IMG/VR virus record: IMGVR_UViG_3300048576_000126
Span: 1 to 44,255 of that record
Source: a virus
Lineage: Duplodnaviria > Caudoviricetes
DNA length: 44,255 bases
Strand: one strand, 5' to 3'
The notes beneath the pieces are model-generated. The model was not told where the DNA came from. It saw nothing but the letters and a program-made list of their open reading frames with translations, and searched no databases. The position numbers were made by a program, and so were the translations under genes. Below, piece by piece: positions 34,379 through 42,719 of this stretch. Numbering within the stretch: position 1 is the first letter of the stretch; every line of letters starts with the position of its first letter.

Positions 34379-34970
34379 CGGGTATCAGTTTTTCTGAAAT
34401 CTTTGATCGGTAATCTACCTGAACAGGGCCGCCATCTTTCCCCGTATGCTCAAGTTCCTGCTTGTCGCTCCATCCATAGTTCTTCAGCGCGAATATCGCC
34501 ATCGGAGCGGGGACATCACCTGACATCCCGCCGGATTCGACAAATTCCTCACACCTTGTTCTTGCCCTTTTTATGGTGTCCGAAAATTCGGGCTCTTTCT
34601 CGTATTCATAGAGGCTCGTTCTGTTCGAGAACCCGAGGAATAGCGCAAGCCCCGATATCGTCGGCGGGTTCATATCGATAATAGGCATTCCCTTTGCCGT
34701 GAATAAAGGATTCCCGTTTTCGTCGCGGCGGATCCTCGGCTTATGCGCGTTGAAATACTCGTCGATAGCGTCCTGCATACTCTCTGAGGAGTTATATTTC
34801 GGAGGTCTCCCGACTCCCTTCGGAGTTTCCACGGGTTCGGAATATTCGGATATGCTCTTGTTTGAAGCAAAGAACTTGTTGAGCCGTCTTGACTCTTCCA
34901 GAGAAATTTCGGCTCCGGATGTAAAATCAAGGTATATGTCGTAAATGGATCGCTTTTCGCCGTCGCTCAT
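34362..34970 (-). CDS. Terminase small subunit
   Basis: GRPPKY.S.E.MQ.AIDEYF...PTISGLALFLGF..R.SLYEY...IFALKNYGWSDKQELEHTGKDGGP. Confidence 0.9.
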   Translation of the reverse strand: MSDGEKRSIYDIYLDFTSGAEISLEESRRLNKFFASNKSISEYSEPVETPKGVGRPPKYNSSESMQDAIDEYFNAHKPRIRRDENGNPLFTAKGMPIIDMNPPTISGLALFLGFSNRTSLYEYEKEPEFSDTIKRARTRCEEFVESGGMSGDVPAPMAIFALKNYGWSDKQELEHTGKDGGPVQVDYRSKISEKLIPDDDSK

Positions 34971-35158
34971 ATCGTCCCCTTCCCCTTGCACACCGGGCAA
35001 TCCTCGGTCTCTTCGCCTCTCCAGATATACCCCATACCCGAGCATCTCGGACAGGCGTGAGGGCGTACATACGTCGCATCGCGCTCTTCAAGGCGCTTCG
35101 CTCCGGAAAACGCCGGCTTGTTCGGCGTGAATGCCGTGGTTATTCCTGACGGGATCAC
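34967..35158 (-). CDS. Small zinc-finger protein
   Basis: CPRCSGMG...CPVCKGKG. Confidence 0.6.
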   Translation of the reverse strand: MIPSGITTAFTPNKPAFSGAKRLEERDATYVRPHACPRCSGMGYIWRGEETEDCPVCKGKGTI

Positions 35159-35316
35159 TTCTGTTCCTCTTTGCGGATCTCCGCTTCAAGTCCGGCTACG
35201 CTCACCGACGATACCTTGACGCCCGTATGGACGTTCGTTGCGAAGAAATATTTCAGCTTCCTGTTCCGGTTTATGATCCATTCGGGGTATTTACGGTCAA
35301 GCGCTTGGAGTGTCAT
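35155..35316 (-). CDS. Small hypothetical protein (53 aa)
   Basis: MTLQALDRKYPEW...; coupled to its neighbours. Confidence 0.5.
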   Translation of the reverse strand: MTLQALDRKYPEWIINRNRKLKYFFATNVHTGVKVSSVSVAGLEAEIRKEEQK

Positions 35317-35362
35317 GCGTTCTCGCCTCTTCCTTCTCCGGGGTCTATTTCGCGTTCGTCGC

Positions 35363-35593
35363 TCATGCCGTAGCTCTGCTCATAGCGGCAAGAGCGTCTT
35401 TAGCGTTGAGTTTCACCGGTTTCGTCGGTGAAAATATCCAGTTCCGGCGATAATCTGCGATGAATTTCCTGCACTTTTTGGCAGTCACTTTTATAAAAAG
35501 GAATTTGCCGGTATACTTTGGATCGAGAACTCTCACGACGACATACTCGCCGTATCTTCTGTGTACTCTTGCTATTTTTCTCATCAAGTTCAT
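35363..35593 (-). CDS. Basic hypothetical protein
   Basis: GGAGG RBS, 76 aa. Confidence 0.6.
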   Translation of the reverse strand: MNLMRKIARVHRRYGEYVVVRVLDPKYTGKFLFIKVTAKKCRKFIADYRRNWIFSPTKPVKLNAKDALAAMSRATA

Positions 35594-35608
35594 GCGAGGA
35601 TCCTCCGT

Positions 35609-35734
35609 TTATTTTGTTATATCTTTAACTATCTCGTCAGCTGCTTTTACAACGCCAGTAGCTGCATCGACCGGAATAGAAATTACATCGTCAGCCAGAG
35701 ATATAACCGATCCTACTAAATCAAATAATCCCAT
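35609..35734 (-). CDS. Small amphipathic hypothetical protein (41 aa)
   Basis: MGLFDLVGSVISLADDVISIPVDAATGVVKAADEIVKDITK; GAGG RBS. Confidence 0.6.
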   Translation of the reverse strand: MGLFDLVGSVISLADDVISIPVDAATGVVKAADEIVKDITK

Positions 35735-35957
35735 GTTTTGCCTCTTTAAACATGACCCTTCTCATAACCCGTATCGCGCGGCCGTCTCCGATCTTTTTCC
35801 GCGTTTCCTTCCCGAGGTGGAAATAATACCATGCCGGCTTGTGGGCTTTTATGGCTCTGCAAATCTTCCGGTAATTTGCTTTTATCTTGGAAGGGCGACG
35901 AACGAAAAGTCATATGACCTTCAGTAGAAACACAATAAAGGCGATTATTTTCTTCAT
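35721..35957 (-). pseudogene. Small membrane-anchored basic protein interrupted by an in-frame TGA
   Basis: AAGGA RBS; MKKIIAFIVFLLKVI-TGA(35910-35912)-LFVRRPSKIK... continues in frame to 78 codons. Confidence 0.4.
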
Positions 35958-36113
35958 AGCCGTTCCTTTTCCAGAGTCCCCGCGCTCCGGGGTTTGAGAC
36001 GGAACACGGGGACCGAAGGGGTTGTATGATGAAGCGTTTCCGCAAGGTCCTACGGTGAATACTTATGTCTCATCACGAGATATTTTCAATACAAATTTTT
36101 TCTATGTCTGACT

Positions 36114-36563
36114 TTAGCAACATTTCCTTGTCCGAGGATCGATAAGTAATGCCCCTCCGTTGTACGGAGCAAAGTACCGAAGCGGGATTTCGTTAGCGAG
36201 CTCCTGCGGGGTCTTACTCTTTACGTCTTCTACAACAGCCCCTTTGCCTTTCGATTTTTTTGGCTCTCGAAGTGGTATTTCGCGTTCTTTGATCAGTCGG
36301 AACAGTAGCCACTGAGATATATTCGTTTCGGCACATATCTTACATATGGGCTTCCCGGCGATATACATTGCAACGGCTATATCCGGTCTGTCGCCCAACG
36401 TTCGCCGCTTATAAATTGCGCTGCGAAACTCGCGACCTGAATTGCGAACTACTCTTTTAACAAACGATGCTGAACAATGGCACTCTCTCTCAATCTCTTT
36501 GATCGGCATCATGCCGTCATAATACATTTTCAAAATCTTTTCATCTCTTTCGTTGTCGTTCAT
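36114..36563 (-). CDS. Tandem-HTH DNA-binding protein, candidate late regulator
   Basis: Two 'MY..G.PI..I.....S...V.R......' units; last gene of the early operon. Confidence 0.7.
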   Translation of the reverse strand: MNDNERDEKILKMYYDGMMPIKEIERECHCSASFVKRVVRNSGREFRSAIYKRRTLGDRPDIAVAMYIAGKPICKICAETNISQWLLFRLIKEREIPLREPKKSKGKGAVVEDVKSKTPQELANEIPLRYFAPYNGGALLIDPRTRKCC

Positions 36564-36910
36564 GCTATGCCCTCCATCGTTTCGACATCCACTTTTATCG
36601 CTCCGCGCTGCCTGCGCTTCTGCGGTATTTTCTTGATCTTCAACTCTTCGACATACTTGTCGTCTTCGATTACTCCGCTTGCCTGGAGCGCATCGAGTAT
36701 CGCCTTTGTTGAGTTATCGATATCGGTTCCGGTTTTGATCTGTATCGTAACGGAATACGGCGGCTTCATCCGCACCCGTCGGCAGCAGAACGCAAGCTCC
36801 TCTTTGAACGCCCGATATTCGGGGTGAAGAAACAGCTTCCCGCTACGTCCTTTCATAAATTTCATGTTGATGGATACGATGTCGATTTCGCAAATATCGA
36901 TGACTGTCAT
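36560..36910 (-). CDS. RusA-like Holliday junction resolvase
   Basis: VSIN...DIDNSTKAILDALQASGVIEDDKYV. Confidence 0.85.
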   Translation of the reverse strand: MTVIDICEIDIVSINMKFMKGRSGKLFLHPEYRAFKEELAFCCRRVRMKPPYSVTIQIKTGTDIDNSTKAILDALQASGVIEDDKYVEELKIKKIPQKRRQRGAIKVDVETMEGIA

Positions 36911-37131
36911 AACGCCCCCGTCTTTGATCGCGTTTGTATCCCGAATAGTGCGCAAAATTCCCTTTCGCTGAAATGCTTTACCGGCTTGTTATGATGACAA
37001 TCGTAGCAGAGCATCTGTATATTCCGCGGATCGTCTACGAGCTTGCCGTAAAGTTTCCGGTGCAGTTTCTTTTGTTCGAAAAGGTGGTGTGCTTCGGTTG
37101 CCGGTTGCTTTCCGCAGTTTTCGCAGATCAT
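36907..37131 (-). CDS. Small HNH-like protein
   Basis: CENCG...EAHH...NIQMLCYDCH. Confidence 0.75.
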   Translation of the reverse strand: MICENCGKQPATEAHHLFEQKKLHRKLYGKLVDDPRNIQMLCYDCHHNKPVKHFSEREFCALFGIQTRSKTGAL

Positions 37132-37553
37132 GCCGCCTCCACGTTGTCCAAAAGTTCTCGTATCGTGCATCCGAGTATCCGCGCGCCTTCTTCAAGCAGG
37201 GCGTCAAAGAGCTTCTTGAAATCAGCCTCTTCCATGTTTTCGAAAGCGATGCTCTTCGGAATCATGTGAACTTCTCCGTCAAAATCGACAAGCTCGTCTA
37301 CGAACCCGATCTTCAGCTCGACCGCCTTTATGAGGTGATATGCGTCTTTCCCGTTCCAGTATGAATCTTCCGGCGCATTATCGCATACCTTTTGAGCGAC
37401 GGCAAAAACCATGCGGTGAAATTTCGGGTTTCTCGCTTTGTTGTATTCGAGGGAATAGCTCGCTCCGTTCTTCCATTTCAGATATACTTTTTCCGACACC
37501 TCGTCAGCAGGTAAAAGGCCGTTCGAGGTTTTCGTGATAAATATCTTGCTCAT
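37128..37553 (-). CDS. DUF1367/NinB-like protein
   Basis: RNPKFHRMVFA...PKSIAFENMEEADFKKLF. Confidence 0.8.
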   Translation of the reverse strand: MSKIFITKTSNGLLPADEVSEKVYLKWKNGASYSLEYNKARNPKFHRMVFAVAQKVCDNAPEDSYWNGKDAYHLIKAVELKIGFVDELVDFDGEVHMIPKSIAFENMEEADFKKLFDALLEEGARILGCTIRELLDNVEAA

Positions 37554-39160
37554 GCGATGAACCCCGCAGGAACGGGCTTGTCTGCGAACCCGATCATATT
37601 CATGCTCTTCTGATATGCGTCCTTTCCTTCAAACTCCTCGACTATGAACTTTTCGTCTATCGTCATATTGTAATATTTCTTCTGCCCATAATCATTGAAA
37701 AGCCAGTTCTTGTACTTGCAAGCCGTCACATTGAATCGGCGGCGGATATCTTCGCTTTTAAATTTCAGGTGTATCGTCCCTTTGAGAAACACCCTGATTT
37801 CAAAATATGTTGACTCAATCTTCTTCCCGGATTTGTACGTTGCTCCGAGCTCGTCTTTTTCGGAGAACGCTTTCGTTAGAGCGTCGGATATCGACGTGTA
37901 CGAGTTCGATTCGTCGAAATAGTTCATCACGCGATCGATGTCGTCGAGCCAGCTCCTTGTGCCGTAGTCAATAGCCCACCCGTTAAATCCACGGAACGGG
38001 CCATATATCGATGATGTCGGCCGTAGAACAACGCGGTCATTGACGTACCATGCTTTATTCGTTTTCCAACCGTTGAAATAATGGACGTTCTGGCTCGTTT
38101 CGTCTGACCAGTGATACTTTGACGACATCCGGTCGAATATCTCCGCCGTTGCCTCTGTGAGCGTGGCGTCATAACTCCCCACGAGATTAAGGATGAGCTG
38201 CCGGATATTTGCCGCGGTGAAATCCATTGAGGAATACGAGCTCATCTTCAAGCGGAACTCTTCGCGCTTTTTCTCTGTCATTCGGCTTTTGATCGCTTCG
38301 AGTTCTTCGACGGCCTTGTCCCAGTATTTCTCTCTGACATGCGATACGAAGTAATTTATTTTATCGTTTACTGCTGTCAAAGTGTCTTCGGGCTCAGTGC
38401 AATAAATATCGCTTTTATCCGCATATTTGCCGACGCCCAACCGAAGAAACTCCCCGAATTTATACCGGTTCCTGTAAAATGATTTTATCGTATCAATTCC
38501 GGACCGAATGGCATCATTATACATTTCAACCATGCCGTCGATTTTGTTCCCGGAGACAACGGCGGATTCGGTTTCTACCTCCGCTTGCACCGGACGCGCC
38601 TCGGATATGCCGTCAAAAAGCGCGTCATCTATGTCGCGTTTGATGTCAATGTACACAATAGCGACCTCGACATCAGTCCTTCTCTCCGCCTGAAGAAATG
38701 CGTCTTTCACATATTCGATATCGGCTCCGAGTTCTTCGAGCCTCCGAACAAGCAATTTCCGTTCGTTGCTGAACGGGTTCCGCAGCGTCTCCGCATTCAG
38801 GAGAAATACAATCTGTCCGCTGTACATGAGATCGATTGCTTTCATGAGGTGCGATGCCCCGTCATCAAACGGCGGATTCGCGATGATGAGATCAAACCGA
38901 TCGGTTCCGGAGTATGCGAGAAAATCTGAGTCGATCACCGACAAGCCTTTTTTGCTCCGGAGAATTGCCTGGAAGTCCGTGTCTATTTCAATACACGACA
39001 CTACAAAATCTCGGTTCATCGATGCGATAGTTTCTGCAATCGCTCCCTGCCCTGCCGACGGTTCGAGGATATATCTGACGCGCTTGTGATCGACTTTTGA
39101 CCACATCTTTCGGAAAAGTTTGTCGGGCGTCGGGTAATAGTTTTTTACTGTTGATTTCAT
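37550..39160 (-). CDS. DNA adenine methyltransferase with DUF4942-like C-terminal domain
   Basis: YYPTP, ILEPSAGQGAI (motif I), IIANPPF (motif IV), FLKGTIHLKF. Confidence 0.9.
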   Translation of the reverse strand: MKSTVKNYYPTPDKLFRKMWSKVDHKRVRYILEPSAGQGAIAETIASMNRDFVVSCIEIDTDFQAILRSKKGLSVIDSDFLAYSGTDRFDLIIANPPFDDGASHLMKAIDLMYSGQIVFLLNAETLRNPFSNERKLLVRRLEELGADIEYVKDAFLQAERRTDVEVAIVYIDIKRDIDDALFDGISEARPVQAEVETESAVVSGNKIDGMVEMYNDAIRSGIDTIKSFYRNRYKFGEFLRLGVGKYADKSDIYCTEPEDTLTAVNDKINYFVSHVREKYWDKAVEELEAIKSRMTEKKREEFRLKMSSYSSMDFTAANIRQLILNLVGSYDATLTEATAEIFDRMSSKYHWSDETSQNVHYFNGWKTNKAWYVNDRVVLRPTSSIYGPFRGFNGWAIDYGTRSWLDDIDRVMNYFDESNSYTSISDALTKAFSEKDELGATYKSGKKIESTYFEIRVFLKGTIHLKFKSEDIRRRFNVTACKYKNWLFNDYGQKKYYNMTIDEKFIVEEFEGKDAYQKSMNMIGFADKPVPAGFIA

Positions 39161-39663
39161 CGCATTGCCACCGCTATCATCCCTGTGCATCTAGCCGCGT
39201 ATCGGTGCGACTCCGCAGGATACGCCGTACGATTGTGTCCTGAATTGTATTTACAGAACGCTTCATACCTATCACCGCGCGCGCGGGAAAGGCACATCCT
39301 GAAATGTCGCGCGCCTCCGAGCATATTCTCGTATCCATTCCACGGGTTCACGCGGAGTCCGGCGGCCGTCGCTGGCATCAGCTGACAATACCCGATTGCA
39401 CCGGCCGGAGAAAGTGCTGACTGTCTGAAACACGACTCTTCCCAAATCATCCGAAAGAAGTCGTCACCGTTTATCCCTGCCGTATACGAGGCCTGCTTTG
39501 CCATGCAGTAGGAATCAAATGTCAACGTCGGGAACGCCAGTTTTTTCATCTCGAAATCGCTCGCGTCATCTTTCGTTTTTTCGGCGATGCCGTATACGAT
39601 CAATACGGCGATTGCGGTGCAAATCGAAACGATCAGAAGTGTTGTAAAAAATTGCTTTACCAT
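39157..39663 (-). CDS. Membrane-anchored lytic transglycosylase (SLT domain)
   Basis: N-terminal TM helix; WEESCF (catalytic E), SPAGAIGYCQLMPATA, YNSG; GGAGG RBS before MVKQFF. Confidence 0.85.
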   Translation of the reverse strand: MVKQFFTTLLIVSICTAIAVLIVYGIAEKTKDDASDFEMKKLAFPTLTFDSYCMAKQASYTAGINGDDFFRMIWEESCFRQSALSPAGAIGYCQLMPATAAGLRVNPWNGYENMLGGARHFRMCLSRARGDRYEAFCKYNSGHNRTAYPAESHRYAARCTGMIAVAMR

Positions 39664-39808
39664 ATCCGCGTCCTCCATCTTTCTCTTGGTATTCTCTTCG
39701 AGTATGAATCGTCGTCGTTGAGCTTCGTGCATCTGAAACAGTATTTCGCCGGATACGGGCGGTCGTGTTCCTTCCCGCATCGTGGTCATGTCTGTTTTTT
39801 GTTGATCG

Positions 39809-40417
39809 TCATTTTCCCTCCTCTCCTGCTTTATGCAGTTCGAAGTACAGAAGAAATATCGCGTTCGTCGCAAGGTGCGCGGCGTGTAAAAGTCCGCTTT
39901 CCTTGTCGCGATCTCCGTCAATGCGGCCGTCGATATAATGTCGGAGCATGGCATCCGTGTATTTTTCGGGTTCGATCTTTTTCCAATTATCCGGCGCATA
40001 TTTTTTCGCGTCATAAGAAAGAACCTCTGAAATTGCGCGTATACATTCCGGAGGAATAAGGCCGGGGCGCGGTTTGTCGGAATCGTATTTGATGCCAAAA
40101 TCTATTGTTGACTTGTTTGCGGTTATGAGTTTTTTAAAAACAACGCAGCGATTATCCGCACGATCAGGACTGATGCACCTTGCTATCCCGCATGATTCTT
40201 CCATGCCTTCGCATGCACATTCTGAACAATTTTCTTTTTCTACGACCTCGGTCCAACCGATGTTTTCAAAATACACCCGAGATCCGATTTCGAAATCTCG
40301 TTTGTCCGTCGGAGTAAGCGGTAAAAAATTATGATCGCCTTTTGGGTAATTTTTAAATTCTTCGAAATTACCATTGATTCCGTAAAACTCGCCGTCTTTC
40401 TCGATATAAATTGTCAT
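39809..40417 (-). CDS. dATP/dGTP diphosphohydrolase-domain (DUF5664-like) protein
   Basis: GIKYDSDKPR..LIP......ISEVL.Y.AKKYAPDNWKK...Y.DAMLRH...DKESGLLHAAH.ATNA.FL. Confidence 0.85.
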   Translation of the reverse strand: MTIYIEKDGEFYGINGNFEEFKNYPKGDHNFLPLTPTDKRDFEIGSRVYFENIGWTEVVEKENCSECACEGMEESCGIARCISPDRADNRCVVFKKLITANKSTIDFGIKYDSDKPRPGLIPPECIRAISEVLSYDAKKYAPDNWKKIEPEKYTDAMLRHYIDGRIDGDRDKESGLLHAAHLATNAIFLLYFELHKAGEEGK

Positions 40418-41070
40418 TTGCCCTCCAGTCTCGTTTCGAGCCTCTTGAATTCAATCACCCATACCCACGGATTCTTTTCCCATGATCCTGCGCCGTTGAG
40501 TCGGCTCCAAAGCAAAAAGAATGATTTTACGTGAGGCTTTGCGTTGTCTCCGTTTGGGAATACCCCTTCTTTTCCCGCGTCTTCGTCTGAAATATCATTC
40601 AGCCTTTCGACTCGGATGTTCGTGATTTCGAGCCATATCCGCGCCGCCCATTTGGGCATGTGAATTGACGGTCGCCATCTCTCAGAGCCTATCGTTATAG
40701 GATAATCCGGATTCGAAGCTTTATAAATAACTCGGTGAGGATAATACCCATTATTCAACCTCGGAGCGTCTTCGGCCGTACCGTCTTCCATGTACGTATC
40801 GTAAAGCCACGTTTCACGGACATACAGCCGATCACCGATTTTACCGAACGGGCAGCAGTCTCTCGCCGGAAGCCATGTATCGTCGTCACGACTCACGAGA
40901 AGAAAAGGATATCCGGCTTCGATGTCCGCGATATACGGTTTCCCGTTATGGTCTAATGCCGGTGGATCAATATCTTGTACTCGCTTAAAAATCCTTCTTG
41001 TCTGAGTCTTTCGCCCTTCGAGAATCGCTCGAACCATGTCTCCGCTGAATAATATCGGTCTTTCTTTCAT
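40414..41070 (-). CDS. ASCH/PUA-like conserved phage protein
   Basis: MKERPILFSGDMVRAILEGRKTQTRR...GDRLYVRETW...WRPSIHMPKWAARI...NPWVWVIEF. Confidence 0.88.
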   Translation of the reverse strand: MKERPILFSGDMVRAILEGRKTQTRRIFKRVQDIDPPALDHNGKPYIADIEAGYPFLLVSRDDDTWLPARDCCPFGKIGDRLYVRETWLYDTYMEDGTAEDAPRLNNGYYPHRVIYKASNPDYPITIGSERWRPSIHMPKWAARIWLEITNIRVERLNDISDEDAGKEGVFPNGDNAKPHVKSFFLLWSRLNGAGSWEKNPWVWVIEFKRLETRLEGK

Positions 41071-41081
41071 GGCGTCCCCCC

Positions 41082-41510
41082 TTAAAACGGTATGTCGTCG
41101 TCTGAAAAATGTGTTTGCGGTTCAGCGTCTGCGTTCGGCGGCGTGTACTCAGGTTCGTTCGCGGGCTGTCCGTCTGATTTCTTCGTGTCGAGGAACTGCA
41201 CATTCTCAACGACGATTTCGACCGTGCTGCGCTTCTGTCCGTCTTTATCCTGCCATGATCTCTGAGACAGACGACCTTCGAGCGCGATCTTCGAGCCTTT
41301 TTTGAGATACTGCGCGATTACCTCTCCGAGCTTGCCCCAACAAATACAGTTGAAAAAAGACACCTGTTCTTTCTTCTCGTTCTGTACGGTGTAGGTTCTG
41401 TTGTTTGCCACGGAAAATTTACAGTTTGCCGTACCTCCTTGAGTAAATGAAAGTTCTGGATCTTTCGTGAGTCTCGCGATCATATAAACTCTGTTAATGT
41501 CATTTGCCAT
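41082..41510 (-). CDS. ssb: Single-stranded DNA-binding protein
   Basis: MANDINRVYMIARLTKDPEL...LEGRL...DDIPF acidic tail; AGGAGG RBS. Confidence 0.97.
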   Translation of the reverse strand: MANDINRVYMIARLTKDPELSFTQGGTANCKFSVANNRTYTVQNEKKEQVSFFNCICWGKLGEVIAQYLKKGSKIALEGRLSQRSWQDKDGQKRSTVEIVVENVQFLDTKKSDGQPANEPEYTPPNADAEPQTHFSDDDIPF

Positions 41511-41684
41511 TGTAAGCCTCCTATTCTTGTTCTGTTCCAAATAATGATTTTTCTTTCTTAGTTTCGCCGCCCCCGCCGAATATTTCAAGCTGCCGCAATA
41601 GTCGCGTTTTGTTCTTACTAAGCGGTTTACCTTTTTTAATCTTCTCTATGTCCTCTTCTGAAAAAATCGGACGCGCTGATAACT

Positions 41685-41909
41685 TTATATCAGCCTCGCG
41701 ACATTTATAATCTCTTCTGCAGCACTTTTCCTTCCGCTCGTCACGCCTTCAGCGAATGCTTCACCGTAAAGAATTTCGACGGCTTCCGATTCGGTCTTTG
41801 ACGTCTCAGTACACCCGCACGGGTCAATAAACAGATAATCGTCTCCGTCTTTTTTTAATTTAAGCCCGACCTTCTTTGAAAATAACTCTATAATCTTTTC
41901 TGCTTTCAT
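41685..41909 (-). CDS. Hypothetical protein
   Basis: MKAEKIIE... with its own GGAGG RBS, in frame with an upstream ssb fragment. Confidence 0.65.
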   Translation of the reverse strand: MKAEKIIELFSKKVGLKLKKDGDDYLFIDPCGCTETSKTESEAVEILYGEAFAEGVTSGRKSAAEEIINVARLI

Positions 41910-41930
41910 ACCGCCTCCCTTTTTATCTCT

Positions 41931-42029
41931 AGAGAACGACGCGACGGACGTTCCTGCTTGCGTGTATTTCAGTTCCGGATCGCGCGTGAGTCTTGCGATC
42001 ATATAGACGCGGTTGATGTCATTTGCCAT
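41931..42029 (-). pseudogene. Truncated second ssb 5' end (33 codons)
   Basis: MANDINRVYMIARLTRDPELKYTQAGTSVASFS; first 15 residues identical to the full SSB, with different codons. Confidence 0.85.
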
Positions 42030-42222
42030 TGTATTCCTCGTATTCGTTTGTTATTTCGTCGATAGTCATTCTCTTTTCTCGTTCAAGCAATTCCCGTATT
42101 TCGGGATATGCGCTTTTATTCTCACATCTCACGTATAGCTCAATCAGCGATGTTAAAAGATCTGTATACGCTTCAGATCGTCGGAGCATCTCTTTCACTA
42201 CGGCGCGGTCCATATCACTCAT
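42019..42222 (-). CDS. Hypothetical protein
   Basis: GGAGG RBS; coupled to its neighbours. Confidence 0.65.
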   Translation of the reverse strand: MSDMDRAVVKEMLRRSEAYTDLLTSLIELYVRCENKSAYPEIRELLEREKRMTIDEITNEYEEYNGK

Positions 42223-42461
42223 ACCGCCTCCCGCTTGATCTCTTTCACCTGATCGCCGAATATTGATTCAGTTGTCAGGTCGTACGCTCTTTCGACTCTT
42301 TCGAGAAACATATACACGTCCCCGCAAAGACGCGCGATGTCGTCGGCGTTACATGTTTTGTTTTCTCGGTCATAGTTTATCTGCGCCCCGATTTTCAGCA
42401 TGTCGGTACACGCTTTCCCGATGTCTGCCTGTGCTATTATCATTTCAAACCCCCTTGCCAT
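42219..42461 (-). CDS. Hypothetical protein (weakly MazG-like helical pattern)
   Basis: 80-aa ORF in the operon. Confidence 0.55.
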   Translation of the reverse strand: MARGFEMIIAQADIGKACTDMLKIGAQINYDRENKTCNADDIARLCGDVYMFLERVERAYDLTTESIFGDQVKEIKREAV

Positions 42462-42512
42462 TGTGTATTGTGATGCTCGTTACAAATTCCTTCGATTGCC
42501 CATTTGAGAAAC

Positions 42513-42719
42513 TTACTGATTGTTTTCATAGTCCCTCGTGATGTGCATTGATTCGATGAGGTGACGGCGTTTCAGATACTGCCGTTCGCGGTACTTAAAA
42601 ATCGCGAAGTGAACGGAACAGAAAATAACAACTGCGATGAGAAATAATGCACAGGCGTCAAGAGAGTTCATCGTGCTTAGAAAATTGATTATATCAGTCA
42701 TATCAGCACCCCTTTTCAA
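42513..42719 (-). CDS. Small single-TM membrane protein
   Basis: ACALFLIAVVIFCSVHFAIF hydrophobic segment. Confidence 0.6.
   Translation of the reverse strand: MKRGADMTDIINFLSTMNSLDACALFLIAVVIFCSVHFAIFKYRERQYLKRRHLIESMHITRDYENNQ

Noticed and set aside
35910-35912. Genome-wide stop-codon reassignment (TGA read as Trp)
   Set aside because: TGA terminates many well-defined genes (terminase, portal, endolysin) and Trp is encoded by TGG elsewhere.
39664-40098. Long N-terminal extension of the transglycosylase ORF (313 aa in the ORF track)
   Set aside because: It overlaps the DUF5664-like gene by about 290 bp; a GGAGG RBS and a TM helix support a start at 39663.
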